Source: Christensenellales bacterium
GTDB lineage: Bacteria > Bacillota > Clostridia > Christensenellales > CAG-917
Length of the DNA: 61,740 bases
Assembly: GCA_048394785.1 (NCBI GenBank)
Contig: DBFJGL010000056.1
Location: 1-61,740 of the forward strand
Reading direction: 5' to 3'
Part shown: piece after piece, positions 61,733 through 61,740 of the stretch
Numbering within the stretch: the first letter of the stretch is position 1
How the letters are laid out: each line of letters begins with the position of its first letter
Translations under genes and position numbers: made by a program
The notes under the pieces: generated by a model
What the model saw: only the letters and a program-made list of their open reading frames with translations
The model's database searches: none
Told to the model about the DNA's origin: nothing

Positions 61733-61740
61733 ACCCTTAC

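Overview
The window looks like part of a moderately GC-rich, spore-forming Firmicute (Clostridia-like) chromosome, since a clear SpoIVA is present. All family calls come from motif reading only; no searches were run.

Coordinates 1-14.5 kb and 57.4-59.6 kb carry ordinary chromosomal genes:
- M20 peptidase and inorganic pyrophosphatase
- a GlpA-like flavoprotein trio
- a ComEC-like protein and SpoIVA
- the ACT/UPF0210 pair, an MFS transporter and MmcQ/YjbR
- a UPF0597 cysteine-desulfidase-like protein

The central ~42.8 kb (14580-57388) is an integrative conjugative element (ICE). Its 36 genes are all on the + strand. Modules in order:
- a cargo block: XRE regulator, a membrane-tethered LuxR protein with an extracellular beta-helix, three lipoproteins, two zinc-ribbon proteins, and a frameshifted giant surface protein of about 2400 aa
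- a regulatory block: a Com-like zinc ribbon, XRE, and two paralogous sigma-70 region-4 proteins
- relaxase, a VirD4-like coupling protein, a 1435-aa Ig-repeat surface protein, then a pilin-like / VirB6-like / VirB4-like trio
- ArdC, DUF3846, two orphan DNA methyltransferases and a prim-pol
- excisionase and tyrosine integrase

The most striking observation is how the element is inserted. It cuts a host tRNA-Thr(GGU) inside the anticodon loop. The 5' half (57382-57419) and 3' half (14544-14588) still complement each other perfectly. The element carries its own complete but sequence-distinct tRNA-Thr(GGU) (57243-57318), which sits just downstream of the severed host half.

Downstream of the chromosomal genes there is a dense 1.45-kb non-coding repeat array (59707-61157) that is not a CRISPR. 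After it comes a conspicuously AT-rich gene at the window edge.
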